Shown here: piece after piece, positions 61,435 through 64,000 of the stretch
How positions within the stretch are numbered: the first letter of the stretch is position 1
Layout: each line of letters opens with the position of its first letter
Source: Octopus bimaculoides
Lineage: Eukaryota
Length of the DNA: 64,000 nucleotides
Reading direction: 5' to 3'
NCBI RefSeq assembly: GCF_001194135.2
Contig: NC_068983.1
Span: 62,317,036 to 62,381,035, forward strand
The notes under the pieces: model-generated
Told to the model about the DNA's origin: nothing
The model's input: the letters and a program-made list of their open reading frames with translations, nothing else
The model's database searches: none
Made by a program: the position numbers and the translations under genes

Positions 61435-61835
61435 ATAGGTGACAGTGGTTAGGGCAGCGAACTCGCGGTCGGAGGATTGCGGTTTCGATTCCCAGACCGG
61501 GCGCTGTGTGTGTTTATTGAGCAAAAACACCTAAAGCTCTACGAGGCTCCGGCAGGGGGTGGTGGCGACTCCTGTTGAACTCTTTCGCCCCAACTTTCTT
61601 TCACCCTTTCTNNNNNNNNNNNNNNNNNNNNNNNNNNNNNNNNNNNNNNNNNNNNNNNNNNNNNNNNNNNNNNNNNNNNNNNNNNNNNNNNNNNNNNNNN
61701 NNNNNNNNNNNNNNNNNNNNNNNNNNNNNNNNNNNNNNNNNNNNNNNNNNNNNNNNNNNNNNNNNNNNNNNNNNNNNNNNNAAACCGTGAAACCGGGCCT
61801 ATGAGCCTGGCTAGGCTTTAAAAGGGTGCATAATA
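61435..61835 (+). mobile_element. tRNA-derived SINE interrupted by an assembly gap
   Basis: cagtggttagggcagcgaac...ggtttcgattccc (A and B boxes); (AAT)n tail. Confidence 0.65.
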
Positions 61836-63889
61836 ATAATAGTAGTAATAATAATAATAATAATAAGCAGGAGACATGTTCCGATACTCAGGACGTTTAG
61901 CAATCCTACCCACATAGTGACCGCTTGACCTGCTAGAAATAGCAACGAAATCTCTTCAGTTATCATCTTAACTTTCTATTATAGGCACAAAGCCTGAATT
62001 TTGGGGGAGCGGGGGCCAATCGATTAAATCGAACCAGTACACAACTGGTACTTAATTTATTAATCCCGAAAGGATGAAAGGCAAATTCGACCTCGGCGGA
62101 ATTTGAACTCAGAACGTACCAACGGGCGAAATACCGCTAAGCATTTCGTCCGGCGTGCTAACGATTCTGCCAGTTCACCACCTTCTTCCAGATTAAATAT
62201 CCAGCATGTCTTGCATTAAAACTGGCACGTCATTTATCAGTGCTTGTTAACACGCTGGACAAAATGCTTACCAGCGATTCTCTTGGCTCTAAGTTCCGAG
62301 TTCAAATTCCGCTGAGGTCTTACATCATTTGTCTTTCATCATTTCGGGGTAGACAAAATAAATACTAGTTAAGCACTGTGGTCGATGTAATTGACTAGTC
62401 CTCTCCCATCAAACATCAGGCCATGTACCTATAGAAGAAAAACGTTTTACCATGTCTACACTGGAAACAGAGCATTGCTTTTATCTATGCTGTAACCACA
62501 GTACTGTTGTTGCCCATACTGCAATTAGAACATTTACTATAGATAACTAAATTACAACAGGTATATAGTCCATTTTTTGTATTATAGTGCATTGTTGTAC
62601 CATTCAAAACTTCTTATTCTTTAAAACATTACTATAGTCTATGCTGTAACTACAACACTGATGTTGTCCACGCTGCAACCAAGACATAACTAATGCTCAT
62701 ACTGCAACCAGAAGATTGCTATAGGGTATATTGTAGTCACAGCACTGCTGCTTTCCATACATTAGCTAGAACACTGCTGTCGTCTGTACTGCAGTCAGAA
62801 TGGTGCTACGGTCACTGCACTAGCCACAACATTAGTGTGGTTCATACGTCAGTCAGAACACAACAATAGACTATAGTGAAGCTAGAACACACAGCTTGCG
62901 TCCATTATGTAAGATAGTGGAAATGGCTGAGAGTTCAATGTATGCACTGAAATAAATGAATAAGTAATTAGTCTCATCTTTAGTTCGTTTTTCGTGCCAA
63001 CTAAACTTTAATTTACATTTTATTCCTCCGGGTTTCATTAGATTAAATACTTTCGATATACTGCGGTCGATTCATCTGATTTAAATACTTTTATTAAAAG
63101 TTTACTTTTTGTTTAGTAAAATAATAATCTATTAACAATTCATTAAAATTAATGCAATTTTGATCACAATTTTTCTTTCATACTAGTAATTTGAGTCAAA
63201 CTGCACTCACCGTGCACTCTGTGTTGATATAAAGAATGAATTGGAGTGGGCTGATAATGGAGGATACCGATTGAGAAAACAGTAATATATCCTTTATTGT
63301 ATATCATTGTATATAAGTATACAATGACGTTCACGTCATTATCTAGTGTGAAGGCGGTGAGCTAGCAGTACCATTAGCGCATGGAACAAAATGCTTAGCG
63401 GAATTTCTTCTGGCTCTTTACGTTCTGAGTTCGAATACCGCTGAGGTCGACTTTGCCTTTCATCCTTTCGGGGCTGATGAAATAAATACCAGTCAATCAC
63501 TGGCGTCGATGTAATCGATTTGCTCTCTCCCCGCTAAAAAATTCAGGCCTTGAGCCTATATTAGAAAGGATTATTTAGCGTGTAGCTTTTTTGTTAGGCT
63601 GTTGGACTGGTTAGTGCAAGGTCGTGGATTCAATTCCTAAGTGGACGGCACGTTGTCTTTCGGCAAGACATTTCATTTCTTGCTGTTACAGATTCACTCA
63701 AATGAAAATGATTCTGCTAATATTGACACCGCCATTACTTGTTGTATTGACAGTTCTTATATTATAACATAGGAGTAAATGCTAGGACATTTATTAGCTC
63801 CTTTTTATCGTGTTAAGAGGATGAAAGATAAATTTCTTGACTGGATATGACACCAATGCGTATGTGTGTGTGCATACTCAATCCCTCAT

Positions 63890-63962
63890 TATATATACAT
63901 ATATACACCTAATATCTAACTATATACATATACATACATACATATATATATATATATGTATG

Positions 63963-64000
<38 letters not shown>
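63890..64000. repeat. (AT)n/(ACAT)n microsatellite
   Basis: Directly visible. Confidence 0.95.

Noticed and set aside
54800-64000. Divergent head-to-head neighbour gene
   Set aside because: No exon with recognisable protein similarity; the ORFs are short or TE-derived

Overview
AT-rich, microsatellite- and retroelement-dense animal genomic DNA. The SINE and RTE-tail families look like those of Octopus (inference from repeat recognition). The window holds one complete protein-coding gene on the minus strand: NAT10 (RNA cytidine acetyltransferase, Kre33/TmcA family). I reconstructed it by hand as 26 GT-AG coding exons from ATG 51773 to TGA 11123 (3087 nt, 1028 aa, all splice phases consistent), with a probable non-coding first exon and promoter near 54.4-54.8 kb. 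The rest is transposon-derived: a full-length dead cecropia-type mariner with perfect TIRs; R4/Dong-, CRE-, HERO/NeSL-, Tx1- and RTE-like LINE relics; several tRNA-derived SINE families; MITEs; a probable hAT fossil; microsatellites; and three N gaps. I found no clearly new biological system. The best leads are the perfect TIRs on a decayed mariner, a stack of retroelements delimited by (AAT)n, inverted young repeats flanking a NAT10 exon (possible ADAR or circRNA substrate), a candidate poison exon and a very short 3' UTR. I found no SNORD13/U13-like guide in the introns.
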